Made by a program: the position numbers and the translations under genes
Notes under the pieces: model-generated
Databases searched by the model: none
What the model was told of the DNA's origin: nothing
Seen by the model: only the letters and a program-made list of their open reading frames with translations
Assembly (NCBI RefSeq): GCF_037042905.1
Contig: NC_087246.1
Coordinates: 7,504,001-7,568,000 of the forward strand
DNA: 64,000 bases
DNA from: Lytechinus pictus
Taxonomy: Eukaryota
Direction: 5' to 3'
Shown here: piece after piece, positions 63,696 through 64,000 of the stretch
Numbering within the stretch: position 1 is the first letter of the stretch
Layout: each line of letters opens with the position of its first letter

Positions 63696-64000
63696 AGCAA
63701 GTGGAGTGCCTCTGGCAGTCTCACCTGCATTACGCGGTTCAACATAGCAGCAGTAGTAACTTTGAAAACTACACAAAACACCATTCTATGACATGTATGA
63801 TGATAAAATACTATGTTAACTAATCCTAAATGACCTTTGACCTTGATCATGGAACTTGAAACTCGGGCAGGATGATCAGTAATACCTGACTAATATTATG
63901 TCCATATTTAGTGAACTGGATCCAAAAACTTTCAAAGTTATGATTGTAATTCAAAAAATACCCTCAAATATGGCCAAATTTCATTGAATATATTCATGGG
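63696..64000. mobile_element. Opposite end of a second Helentron/HINE-like copy (same family as 1-331)
   Basis: caagtggagtgcctctggcagtctcacctgcat, then aaatgacctttgaccttgatcatg...gaaactcgggcaggatg, matching 95-160. Confidence 0.55.

Overview
Eukaryotic, AT-rich and transposon-saturated DNA. The repeat families and gene type suggest a sea urchin or other echinoderm, which is an inference. The only recognisable host gene is a minus-strand NLR (NOD-like receptor): a 1.55-kb NACHT exon (27975-29527) followed by five phase-0 LRR exons (24777-24968, 14873-15046, 14433-14600, 12712-12876, 10113-10277). I found no N-terminal (DEATH-fold) exon and no terminal exon. Most of the rest is mobile DNA. There are four degraded APE/RT LINEs: one has an esterase + CCHC ORF1, and one has an N-terminal 2A-like DIDPNPGP motif. 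There are also an RTE remnant, tRNA-derived SINEs, a probable solo LTR carrying heat-shock elements, and many non-autonomous DNA transposons assigned by termini and target-site duplication (TSD): Academ-like, P-like, Kolobok-like, hAT-like, Harbinger-like, MULE-like, Tc1/mariner-like and Helentron-like. The most notable observations are: degenerate Walker B/sensor-1 motifs in an otherwise intact NLR; a 2A-like LINE upstream of and co-oriented with the NLR; giant foldback elements whose two arms appear to evolve in concert; a 24-bp P-type excision footprint; a UCA-anticodon tRNA-like cloverleaf in an NLR intron; and four-level transposon nesting. All superfamily labels rest on termini and TSDs read by eye, not on database searches.
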